Below, piece by piece: positions 50,049 to 59,827 of a stretch of DNA of 64,000 nucleotides. Both the position numbers and the translations under genes were made by a program. The notes beneath the pieces were generated by a model that saw only the letters and a program-made list of their open reading frames with translations, was not told the origin of the DNA and did no database searches. Source of the DNA: Candidatus Eiseniibacteriota bacterium (GTDB taxonomy: Bacteria; Eisenbacteria; RBG-16-71-46; JABDJR01); assembly GCA_963783375.1 (NCBI GenBank), contig CAWANH010000028.1, positions 1,440,001 to 1,504,000 of the forward strand, in the 5' to 3' direction. Every line of letters starts with the position of its first letter. Within the stretch, counting starts at the first letter, position 1.

Positions 50049-51651
50049 ATGCGGGACCTCAATGACATGCTCAGGTCGATCAAGCTCCTCCTGATCGGCC
50101 TCACCTTGATTTCGGTGGGGGTGGTGTCGGGCCTTCTTCTCTCCACCACCCTTCCCCTGGGCCAGCCCCGGACCAGAGCGACGCTGGCGTCGCCGGCCGC
50201 GGTGCCGCCCCCCGTCCGGTCCGAAGCGGCCCCGGACCGGCCGGACGCCCGCAGGCTCTCCGTCCCGGGGGCGCTCACCACCCATCCCGAGGACGCCGAA
50301 GCCCCGCTCACCAGCCCCTTCACCGGGCTGGCCAAGCGCGTGGTGCCTGCGGTGGTTTCGGTGGAGAGCCGAAAGATGATGAACCACCCCCACATGACCG
50401 GCCCCCAGGCCGATCTCTTCCGGCGGCTCTTTCCCGATCGTGGGGGTGACGGAAACGACGAGGGGGACGATCAGATCGAGGTTCCCTCCTCGGGCTCCGG
50501 GTTCATCATCGATGACGCCGGCTACATCTTCACCAACGACCACGTGGTCTCGGGCTCGGACAAGCTGACCGTTCACCTGGCCGACGGACGCACGTACGAA
50601 GCCTGGCTGGTGGGAACGGATCCGGGTACCGACGTGGCCATTCTCAAGGTGGATCCGGCGGAGGGGGATCCGCCGCTTCCTACCCTTCCGCTCGGCGATT
50701 CCGACGAGGTGGGGGTCGGCGACTGGGCCATCGCCATCGGGAATCCCCTGGGCGAGCTGGAGGGAACCCTCACCGTGGGGGTGATCAGCGCCAAGGGCCG
50801 AAAGGACCTTCGCATCGCCGGAGGCGGACCCGCCTACCAGGACTTCATCCAGACCGACGCCTCGATCAACTTCGGGAACTCCGGGGGACCGCTCATGAAC
50901 GCCCGGGGCGAGGCGATCGGGATCAACTCCGCCATCAATCCCACCGCTCAGGGCCTCGGTTTCGCCATCCCCATCAACATGGCCCGCAAGAGTGGGGATC
51001 GAGCTGATCCGGACCGGCACCGTCCGCCGCGGCTACCTGGGGATCGTGCCCCAGGAGGTGACCCAGGACGTCCGCGACGCCTGGGACATGCCGGGAGTGG
51101 GGGGAATCCTGGTGGGGAGCGTCGAGGACGGCACCCCGGCCAAGGAAGGCGGTCTCGAGGTGGGGGACGTGATCCTCGAATTCAACGGGAAGACGGTAGG
51201 CGACGTCTCCGACTTCCGGGAGGCGGTGGCCGAGGCCGGGGTCGGGGTGGACGTGCCGGTGCATTTCCTCCGGGACGGGAAGAACCTGAACATCCACGTG
51301 GTCCTGGCCGAGCGCCCGGACACCGTGGAGCCGCCGCCGATCCACGACGCCACCGGGGAGGGTCACTGGCTGGGGGCGGAGACCAAGGATATCGATTCCG
51401 GCCTGGTGGACCGGTTGGAGCTCTCGGTCAAGAAGGGGGTGGTGGTCACCGACGTCACTTCCGGCACCCCGGCCGACCGGGGAGGGCTCCGGGTGGGGGA
51501 CGTGATCCTGGAGGTGAACCGCCACGACGTGAAATCCAGGAAGGAACTGGACCGGGAGCTTTCCGCCGCCAAGGACGCGGGAAAGCCCATGGTCTTCCTG
51601 GTCCGGCGGGGGACGACCACCACCTTCGTGGCCGTCCGCCTGGAGCCGTGA
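50049..51651 (+). CDS. degP: DegP/HtrA serine protease with two PDZ domains; +1 frameshift at about 50991
   Basis: GSGFII, TNDHVV, DVAILK, INFGNSGGPL. The PDZ domains continue in the next frame after ...AAG-A-GTG-GGG-ATC. Confidence 0.85.
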
Positions 51652-51946
51652 TCTTGCAACTTGTTACAGTGTAGTCAGGTAAGCGTCGCTGTCGGCGCCG
51701 GCGGCTTGACAGGGGACGGGGCCGCTGGTAAGATCTGTCGGGTTTTTGAGGGAATCCGAGTGGCTCCCCCGGGTTTCCTTTCCACGAGCGGGTTCCGCTC
51801 GCGCGGACGGGGAGGAGCGGGGGATGAGTCCCCCGGGAGGATGTCGGGGTTCCGCGCCCTGCCGCCGCATCGGCCGCGGTCACCGTGCCCCCGGAGAACC
51901 GGACGAGGGGCCTGAGCCTCGGGTCCGATCCCCACTGAAATGAGGC

Positions 51947-52888
51947 TTGGAGGCCGCGTTGGCGCACCAGCAGGGTCAGCACCACAATCCCGTCCCGATC
52001 ACCCGGTCGGCCGCGCGGATCGGGCGGATCGCGGCGTTCGGACTCAACCTCATGGTGGCGCTGAGCATCCTGGCCCTGGCCAGCGGCAGCTTCGCGGTCC
52101 GGACCCACACCCGCACCCTCGACACCGACGACCTCCGCCAGGAAATCGCCACCCACAAGGAAGCCCTCCAGGTGGAGCTGGTCGATCTCAACCAGAGCCT
52201 CGACAGCGTGTTCCAGGAGCTTCTGGCCGCCCGCGGGGTGGCCGGGAGGGCGCGGTCCCTGATCGGCCTGAGCGGCCAGCCCGAGACGGACCTCCCCGTC
52301 GGTTCCCCGGAGCTGGTGGGGGCGGCCAACCTCGTCGCCCTCTCCGACAGCAGCCTGGCCGGCGCCATGCTCAACTCCGCGGTTCAGGTGGAGGAGACGC
52401 TCCAGGAGGCACGCCAGCTCAAGTCCTCCTTCGAGGAGATCCTGGCCGGCATGGAGGCCCAGGGGGCGAGCTGGGCCCGCATCCCCTCCCTTCGCCCCGT
52501 GGTTCACGCCCGCCTGAGCAGCGACTTCGGTTTCCGCCGCGATCCCTTCACCGGGCGGATCGCGCTCCACAAGGGGCTGGACCTCGCCGCTCCCCGGGGC
52601 ACCGCGGTCCACGCCCCCGCCGAGGGGCGCGTGGTCCGGGCCGGCCGCTACCACGGCTACGGCCTCCTGGTCGAAATCGACCACGGAAACGGCATCCATA
52701 CCCGCTACGGCCACAACTCGCGGTTGGCGGTGAGCCCCGGGCAGATGGTGCGGCGCGGCCAGGTGATCTCCTACGTGGGAGCGACCGGCCGGGCCAGCGC
52801 CCCCCACCTGCACTACGAGGTTCTGGTTCACGGGAGCGCGGTGAACCCCGAGCCCTACATCCTGCCCGATTTTCTCCGCGCCGATTGA
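51947..52888 (+). CDS. M23 family metallopeptidase
   Basis: HKGLD, YGH, PHLHYEV; coiled-coil N-region. Confidence 0.92.
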   Translation: MEAALAHQQGQHHNPVPITRSAARIGRIAAFGLNLMVALSILALASGSFAVRTHTRTLDTDDLRQEIATHKEALQVELVDLNQSLDSVFQELLAARGVAGRARSLIGLSGQPETDLPVGSPELVGAANLVALSDSSLAGAMLNSAVQVEETLQEARQLKSSFEEILAGMEAQGASWARIPSLRPVVHARLSSDFGFRRDPFTGRIALHKGLDLAAPRGTAVHAPAEGRVVRAGRYHGYGLLVEIDHGNGIHTRYGHNSRLAVSPGQMVRRGQVISYVGATGRASAPHLHYEVLVHGSAVNPEPYILPDFLRAD

Positions 52889-52923
52889 GCGCCCGCCCGC
52901 GACGCGCTAGAGTCACCCCCGAC

Positions 52924-54236
52924 ATGACCCGGAAGCTGTTTGGATCTTCAACCGCCGTGCCCGGCGCGCCCGGGCCGCGGATCCTGTTTGCTCTCGTCGC
53001 CCTTCTCCTCACCGTGGGAAGCGCGCTCCCTCTGCTCGCCGCCACCGTGACCGACATCCGCTATTCCTCCAACCGGGAGCGGACGCGGATGGTGCTCGAC
53101 CTCGACTCTGCGGCGAACTTCACCCACCGCCCCCTCGACGACCCACCCCGGGTGGTGGTCGAGCTTCCCGGATCGAGCTTCGGGTCCGGGGCGGCCCCGT
53201 TCTCGATCGGGGACGGGTACGTCCAGCGCGTGCGGTTGAACGATCTGCGGAGCGGGAAGATCCAGGTGGTCCTGGATCTGGAGAAGCCGCTCGACTACTC
53301 GGTGCTGGTGCTCAAGGGCCCCGACCGGATCGTGGTGGACGTGAAGCACGCGGGGGCCCCGGCCCCGCCGGCCGCTGCTGGGTCGGGCTCCGGCTCGGCG
53401 ACGCGAAGCAGGGCGCCGGTTCGGGGGATCACGCCCCGTCCTCCACGAAGCCGTCCCCGGACGCCGGCGCGCCCGCCGAGGCCTCGGAGGAGGAGGCGCC
53501 GAGCGTTCCGGTGGCGATTCCCGCTCCCCCCCGAAAGGGGCCCTGGGTGATCGCGGTGGACGCCGGGCACGGGGGCGACGACACCGGAGCCCACTACCTG
53601 GGCACGAACGAGAAGGACATCACCCTGGACCTCAGCCGGGAGCTGGTGGACGAGCTCAACCGGCGCTCCGGGGTCCGGGCCTACATGGTGCGGCGGGGGG
53701 ACTACTTCATCCCGCTCTACCAGCGGCGGACCATCGCCCACCAGGACTCCGCCGATCTCTTCGTGAGCCTCCACTGCAACGCGAGCCGGAAATCGGCGGC
53801 CAAGGGGACCGAGGTGTACTTCCTGTCGCTGAAGGGGGCGAGCGACGAGGCGGCGAAGGAATTGGCCAAGCGCGAGAACGAGGTGGACGAGAGGATGGGG
53901 GTGGCCCCCGAGGCCCCCGACCTGGACCAGATCCTCTTCAACATGCGCCAGACCGACGTCCTGGCCAAGAGTCAGATCCTGGCCGAGACCTGCCTCCAGA
54001 GCCTCTTCAAGCTGGGCACGGTCTACGACCGGGGGGTGAAGCAGGCGGGGTTCGCGGTGCTCAAGTTCACCGACATCCCCTCGGTGCTGGTGGAGGCCGC
54101 GTTCATCTCCAACCGCCAGGAAAACCGGCTGCTTCGAAGCGGCAAGTGGCAGCGGGACTTCGCCCGCACCATGGCCGACGGGATCGAGTCCTACTGCAAG
54201 AACGTGGACCGGGCCGAGCACATCGATCACCGGTAG
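52924..54236 (+). CDS. N-acetylmuramoyl-L-alanine amidase with AMIN domain; frameshift near 53395
   Basis: AMIN (RMVLDL..DPPRVVVEL) in one frame; Amidase_3 (DAGHGG, FVSLHCN, VLVEAAFISN) in another. Confidence 0.85.
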
Positions 54237-54431
54237 GGCGCCGGGACGTCCCCCCCTCGCTTTTCCGACTTTAGTTCTTTTGACTCCGCCGGTGGCCGCC
54301 CTCCTCCCTTTCCCGACTTTAGTGTTTTTGCCGCCGCCGGTCGTGGAGGCAAATTTTTCGCGGGATTGCGCGCACTCGCTGACCTTTGATTGAAATGCCC
54401 CGCTTTTTCCCCTTCCGGAGCGGCCTCGTCT

Positions 54432-54458
54432 TAAGTCCCGTGAAGCCCGGGCCGATAC
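54432..54458 (+). promoter_or_regulatory. sigma28 (FliA/WhiG-type) promoter
   Basis: TAAG-N15-GCCGATAC versus consensus TAAA-N15-GCCGATAA. Confidence 0.7.
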
Positions 54459-54520
54459 GAACGGGACACGGCGGCCCGAGCCCGGACCATGAGCCGTAGT
54501 CACCGCACCGGAGGGATGGG

Positions 54521-54886
54521 ATGAAGATCGAAGTCGAACGCCAGGAGCCCTGGACCGTCCTCGCCCTGGACGGCGACCTGGACACCGACGCCGGCCCCGG
54601 CGTCTATCTCCAGTTCCAGCGCGAGCTCCTGAGCGGCCGCACCCATTTCATGATCGATCTGGACGGCGTGCGCTTCGTGGACAGCTCCGGCCTGGGAGTG
54701 CTGGTGCGCTGCTATCGGGACGCCCGAAGCCGTGGGGGCGAGGTGTGCTTGAAGAAGGTACCGATGCCGATCGAACGCATTCTCGAGTTCACCCGCCTCG
54801 ACTCCATCTTCCGCATCGACGGAGAAGGCGTCGGCGACGCCGGCGCGACCGGGGGGGCGGGCGGGGTGAGCCGGAAGGCGGCGTGA
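54521..54886 (+). CDS. STAS anti-sigma-factor antagonist
   Basis: LDGDLD...IDLDGVRFVDSSGLGVL. Confidence 0.92.
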   Translation: MKIEVERQEPWTVLALDGDLDTDAGPGVYLQFQRELLSGRTHFMIDLDGVRFVDSSGLGVLVRCYRDARSRGGEVCLKKVPMPIERILEFTRLDSIFRIDGEGVGDAGATGGAGGVSRKAA

Positions 54887-55338
54887 TGCGCGTCGCCGTG
54901 GCCAGACTCAAGAGCCCGGTCCTGGAAGTGCTTCTCTTCCGGGTGGGTGGAGTGCTCTACGGGGTGGAGCTGGGACAGGTCGTGGGCCTGGTCCACGACG
55001 TTCCCGATGCCCGGACCGAGAGCACCGGGGGCGATCCCCACATCATGCTCTTCGAGGGGCGGCCGGTTCCGGTCTTCCCCCCCGAGGACTTCCTCTACAC
55101 CACCGGGCCCGCCGGGGACCGCCACCACGAGGCGATCATCTTCGACGACGGCTCCGGCCTCTACGGGATGTCGGTGGAATCCACCGAATCGGTGCGCGAG
55201 GTGACCGCCGGGGACGGTCTCTACGTGTTTCCTCCCCAGGAGGCCACCGACGACGCGCCCTGCCGCACCTGGGGCATGCTGAACCTGGGGCAGAAGCCGG
55301 TCCTCCTCCTCGACATGAGCCGCGTCGCGGTCCACTGA
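54886..55338 (+). CDS. CheW-like protein
   Basis: VLLFRVGGVLYGVEL..V...GRPVPV...YGMSVES...PVLLLD; TGATG coupling. Confidence 0.7.
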   Translation: MRVAVARLKSPVLEVLLFRVGGVLYGVELGQVVGLVHDVPDARTESTGGDPHIMLFEGRPVPVFPPEDFLYTTGPAGDRHHEAIIFDDGSGLYGMSVESTESVREVTAGDGLYVFPPQEATDDAPCRTWGMLNLGQKPVLLLDMSRVAVH

Positions 55339-55486
55339 CCGCCCCCGCCGCCGCCTTCCAACCCGCCGCTTTCGTCCCCGATCTCCTTCCCGCGTCACCT
55401 TGCGCCGGATCCCGCGTCCCTCCGGGAGGACGTGGACCTCCGACCCGAAAGAAGGCGCCTTCCGTCTCCATGGTACGATTCGAGAT

Positions 55487-57961
55487 ATGAGCCAACGCAA
55501 TGGAGCCGTACGTATCCCGGTCAAGGGGATGACCTGCGCCGCCTGCGCGGCCACGGTGGAGAAGGGGTTGAGCGGCCTCGCCGGCGTGACCTCGGCCGCG
55601 GTCAACTTCGCCACCCGGGAGGCGCAGCTTCGGGGGCTCCCCGAGGGCGGCCTCGACGCGGTGGTGAAGCGCGTCCGGGATGTGGGCTACGACGTCGACA
55701 CCGAGATCCGCCGCTACCGGGTGGAGGGCATGCACTGCGCCTCCTGCGTGGCCAAGGTGGAGGGCGAGGCGGCCAAGGTCGATGGGGTGCTCGAGGCCTC
55801 GGTGAACCTGGCCGCCGAAGAGCTTCGGGTCAAGGCGCTGGGCGGGGTGGTCACCGACGACGCCGTCGCCCGCGCCATCGAGGCTGCGGGCTATCGCATG
55901 GTCTCCGTCGCCTCCGACGACGCGCCGGAGCGGGACGAGGCGCGCCCGTGGCGGCGCCGGTTCCTCTTCGCCGCCCTCTTCACCCTTCCCATTCTCCTGG
56001 AGATGGTGCGGGGGTGGATACCGGGGGCCCGCGACTGGCCCCAGAGCCCGGTGTCGTGGGCGCTCCTCGTTCTGGCCACGCCGGTCTACCTGGCGGCCGG
56101 CTACCCGTTCCATCGCGCCGCGCTCCGGGGGATCCGCCACGGCGCCGCCGACATGAACACCCTGATCTCGGTGGGCACCACCGCCGCCTACGTCTACAGC
56201 GCGATCGCCACCGTGGCTCCCGGTCTCCTCGCCCGCCACGGCGCGGTCCCCGGGGTGTACTTCGACAGCACCGCGGTCATCATCACCCTGATCCTCCTCG
56301 GCCGCTGGATGGAGGCGGGCCAGCGGGACCGGACCCGCTCGGCGATGAAGTCCCTGGTCGGGCTTCGCCCCGACACCGCCCGCCGGGTGACCGAGGGGGT
56401 GGAGGAAGACGTGGCGGTGGCCGCCCTTCGCGCCGGGGACCAGGTGCGGATCCGACCCGGCGAGCGCGTCCCGGTGGACGGGGTGATCCGCGAGGGCTAC
56501 ACCTCGGTGGACGAGTCGATGGTCACCGGGGAGCCGATCCCGGTGGACAAGGAGGCGGGGAACGAGGTCATCGGCGGCACCCTGAACGGCTCCGGCGGCG
56601 TCCTGGTCGAGGTGACCCGGACCGGCGACGACACCACCCTGGCCCGGATCATTCGCCTGGTCCGAGAGGCCCAGGGCGCCAAGGCCCCCATTCAGCGCCT
56701 GGCCGACCGGGTGGCCGCGGTCTTCGTTCCCGCGGTGATCGGGGCGGCGGTCGTCACCTTCGCCCTCTGGCTGGTGTTCGATCCGAGCCACAGCGTGGCC
56801 CGGGCCCTGATCCCGTTCGTGGCCGTGCTCATCATCGCCTGCCCCTGCGCCCTCGGGCTTGCCACCCCCGCCGCCATCATGGTGGGGACCGGAGTGGGCG
56901 CCCGCCGCGGCATCCTCTTCAAGGGCGGCGACGTCCTGGAGCGGGCGGGGAGGGCGCGGACGGTGGTGCTGGACAAGACCGGCACCGTGACCCTGGGGCG
57001 CCCCGCTCTCACGCTCATCGAGGCTTCGGCGGAGGTGGCGGTTCCCGCCGGGGGTCCGGCCCCGGCCGCCGACCTGCGCGCCCGCGAAAACGAGCTCCTG
57101 GCCCTGGCCGCGGCGGTGGAGCGCGGATCGGAGCACCCGATTGCCCGCGCGGTGCTGGCCGAGGCACAGGCCCGCGGGCTGGTCGTCCCCGAGGCCACCC
57201 TGTTCCAGGCCCGGCCCGGACGCGGGGTCGTGGCCATGGTGGACGGCGAGGACGTGCGGGTGGGGACCGAGACCTACCTGCGCGAGGAGAAGGTCGATCC
57301 CGGGGAATGGGGAGAGAAGGCCCGGGCCGCCGCCGCGCGGGGGATGACTCCGCTCCTGGTGGCCCGCGAGAAACGGATGCTGGGGCTCCTCGGGGTCTCC
57401 GATCCACTGAAGCCGGAAGCCCGCGAGGCGGTGAAGCGGTTCGCCGACCTGGGCCTCGAGGTGTGGCTGGTGACCGGGGACCGGGAGGAGACCGCGCGGA
57501 CGGTGGCCGAGAGCCTCGGGATCGAGCACGTCCGGGCCGGAGTGCTTCCGGGGGAGAAGGCCGAGGTGGTAGCCGGGCTCCAGGCCGGGGGACGGGTGGT
57601 GCTCATGGTGGGGGACGGGATCAACGACGCCCCCGCCCTGGCTCAGGCCGACGTGGGGATCGCCCTCGGCACCGGGACCGACGTGGCCCTCGAGACCGCG
57701 CCGGTGGCGCTCCTCTCCGAGGACCTTCGCGCTGCCCCCGCCGCGGTACGGCTCAGCCGGGCTACCCTCGCGGTCATCAAGCAGAACCTCTTCTGGGCTT
57801 TCGGCTACAACGTGGTGGGGATCCCGCTGGCCGCGGGGGCGCTCTACCCGATCCTGGGCTGGCAGCTCAGCCCCATGGTGGCGGCGGCGGCGATGGCCAT
57901 GAGCTCGGTTTCCGTCCTCACCAACTCGCTCCGGTTGCGCGCGCTCGATCCGTGGAAGTAG
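55487..57961 (+). CDS. copA: Cu(I)-translocating P1B ATPase
   Basis: Two HMA domains (GMTCAAC, GMHCASC), TGE, CPC, DKTGT, SEHP, GDGIND, YN and MxxSS. Confidence 0.95.
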   Translation: MSQRNGAVRIPVKGMTCAACAATVEKGLSGLAGVTSAAVNFATREAQLRGLPEGGLDAVVKRVRDVGYDVDTEIRRYRVEGMHCASCVAKVEGEAAKVDGVLEASVNLAAEELRVKALGGVVTDDAVARAIEAAGYRMVSVASDDAPERDEARPWRRRFLFAALFTLPILLEMVRGWIPGARDWPQSPVSWALLVLATPVYLAAGYPFHRAALRGIRHGAADMNTLISVGTTAAYVYSAIATVAPGLLARHGAVPGVYFDSTAVIITLILLGRWMEAGQRDRTRSAMKSLVGLRPDTARRVTEGVEEDVAVAALRAGDQVRIRPGERVPVDGVIREGYTSVDESMVTGEPIPVDKEAGNEVIGGTLNGSGGVLVEVTRTGDDTTLARIIRLVREAQGAKAPIQRLADRVAAVFVPAVIGAAVVTFALWLVFDPSHSVARALIPFVAVLIIACPCALGLATPAAIMVGTGVGARRGILFKGGDVLERAGRARTVVLDKTGTVTLGRPALTLIEASAEVAVPAGGPAPAADLRARENELLALAAAVERGSEHPIARAVLAEAQARGLVVPEATLFQARPGRGVVAMVDGEDVRVGTETYLREEKVDPGEWGEKARAAAARGMTPLLVAREKRMLGLLGVSDPLKPEAREAVKRFADLGLEVWLVTGDREETARTVAESLGIEHVRAGVLPGEKAEVVAGLQAGGRVVLMVGDGINDAPALAQADVGIALGTGTDVALETAPVALLSEDLRAAPAAVRLSRATLAVIKQNLFWAFGYNVVGIPLAAGALYPILGWQLSPMVAAAAMAMSSVSVLTNSLRLRALDPWK

Positions 57962-58378
57962 GCCCCCGCGGTTCGCCGGTCGCGGGGCGGCATTCACCCG
58001 GGTGAACTCGAGGCGCGGCCTCCCAGGCCCCCGTTCGCGCTCCCACGCCCGGCTCGGGAGGAGCGGGCGCCTGCCCCGATCCGACGAGCGGCCTCTTCGG
58101 CGGGACGGGTGTGAACGGGCATGCTCGGCAACGACGACGTGGTTGCCACGGCCGAGTGAACGGGCCCCGTTCCGTCGAAGGAGAGCGCGAAGGAGCGTCC
58201 GGTGGACGGTCCGAGCGCTCGCGCCCGAGGAGGATTGGGGCACGGCCGGGACGATCCGAGCCGGGCGGTGCGGGTCGATCGAGCCGCCGACCTTCGGCGC
58301 TGTTCCAGGAACGCGGACCCGGGTACACTCGGTGATCGTCGCCCTCACCACACCTCGATCCATGGACGGGAGCGCTTC

Positions 58379-59773
58379 ATGCACCTCGAATTCCACGGCG
58401 CCGCGCGGGGCGTGACCGGCTCGCGCCATCTGCTCCAGGCCAACGGACACAAGATCCTCCTCGACTGCGGCCTCTTCCAGGGGCGGCGCGAGGAATCCGA
58501 GCGGTTGAACCGGAAGTTCGGCTTCAACCCGCGCGAGATCGACGCGGTGGTGATGAGCCACGCCCACATCGATCATTCCGGGGCGCTGCCGAGCCTGGTG
58601 AAGAACGGGTTCGAGGGCACCATCCACGCCACCCTGGCCACCGCCGACCTCCTCACCGTCATGCTCCGGGACAGCGCCAAGATCCAGGAGCACGACATCA
58701 AGTACGTGAACAAGAAGCGGAAGCGGAAGCACGAGCCTCCCAAGGTGCCCCTCTACACCATGGAGGACGCCGAGGAAGCGATCGCCCTGGTGGAAGGCCA
58801 CCGCTACCACCGGCCGGTGCCGGTGGTCCCCGGGATCACCGCCACCTACTACGACGCCGGGCACATCCTGGGCTCGTCCACGGTGCAGCTCGAGATCACC
58901 GAGGGAAACGAGAAGCGCGTGCTGGTGTTCAGCGGGGATCTGGGGCGAAAGCACCTTCCCATCCTCCGGGACCCGGAGACCCCGCCCGAGGCCGACGCGC
59001 TGATCATCGAGAGCACCTACGGCGATCGCGAGCACGCCCCCATCGAGGACGTGGACGACCGGCTGGCCGGGATCATCAACCGGGTCCACGCGGAGAAGGG
59101 GAAGCTCATCATCCCCGCCTTCGCGGTGGGCCGGACCCAGGAGCTGGTGTACTCCATCGCCCGGCTCATCCGCGCCAAGCGGATTCCGCCCTCGGGGGTC
59201 TACGTGGACAGTCCCCTGGCGGTGAACGTGACCGACATCTTCGCCCGCCACCCCGAGTGCTTCGACGCGGAGATCCGCGCCGTTCTCCGCCGGACCGGAG
59301 ACCCTTTCGGGTTCGATCTCCTGGAATACGTGCGGAGCGTGGAGGAGAGCAAGGCGCTGAACCTGCGGAAGGGTCCCTTCATCGTGATCTCGGCCAGCGG
59401 CATGATGGAAGGCGGCCGGGTCCTCCACCACCTGAAGAACGCCATCGGCGACCCCGCCAACCTGATCCTGATCGTCGGCTACCAGGCCGTTCACACCCTG
59501 GGTCGCCGCATCCAGGACGGGGCGGACGAGGTCCGTATCTTCGGCGAGCCCCACGAGCGGAAGGCCCAGGTCGAGGTGATGAACGAGTTCAGCGCCCATG
59601 CCGACCGGAACGAGCTCATGGCCTGGGTGCGGGAGTTCAAGCGGATGCCGAAGAAGGCGTTCGTGGTCCACGGGGAGGAGAGCCAGAGCCTGGCCTTCGC
59701 CAGGCGGCTCCAGGACGATGCGGGAATCGGCGAGGTCGTGGTCCCGGCGATCCATCAGAAAGCGGAGCTTTGA
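58379..59773 (+). CDS. MBL-fold beta-CASP ribonuclease
   Basis: SHAHIDHSG, AGHILGS, FSGDLG, ESTYG, FSAHAD, VHGE. Confidence 0.92.
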   Translation: MHLEFHGAARGVTGSRHLLQANGHKILLDCGLFQGRREESERLNRKFGFNPREIDAVVMSHAHIDHSGALPSLVKNGFEGTIHATLATADLLTVMLRDSAKIQEHDIKYVNKKRKRKHEPPKVPLYTMEDAEEAIALVEGHRYHRPVPVVPGITATYYDAGHILGSSTVQLEITEGNEKRVLVFSGDLGRKHLPILRDPETPPEADALIIESTYGDREHAPIEDVDDRLAGIINRVHAEKGKLIIPAFAVGRTQELVYSIARLIRAKRIPPSGVYVDSPLAVNVTDIFARHPECFDAEIRAVLRRTGDPFGFDLLEYVRSVEESKALNLRKGPFIVISASGMMEGGRVLHHLKNAIGDPANLILIVGYQAVHTLGRRIQDGADEVRIFGEPHERKAQVEVMNEFSAHADRNELMAWVREFKRMPKKAFVVHGEESQSLAFARRLQDDAGIGEVVVPAIHQKAEL

Positions 59774-59827
59774 GCATCGCCCGCCGGGGCATCGGCCGGC
59801 CGACACGGGACCGCGGGACCACCCGGC

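Noticed and set aside
55136-59806. Very long antisense and alternative-frame ORFs (this 1556-aa one, 19519-22068, 30481-33162, 16104-18620 and others)
   Set aside because: Shadow ORFs typical of high-GC DNA overlapping well-supported genes.
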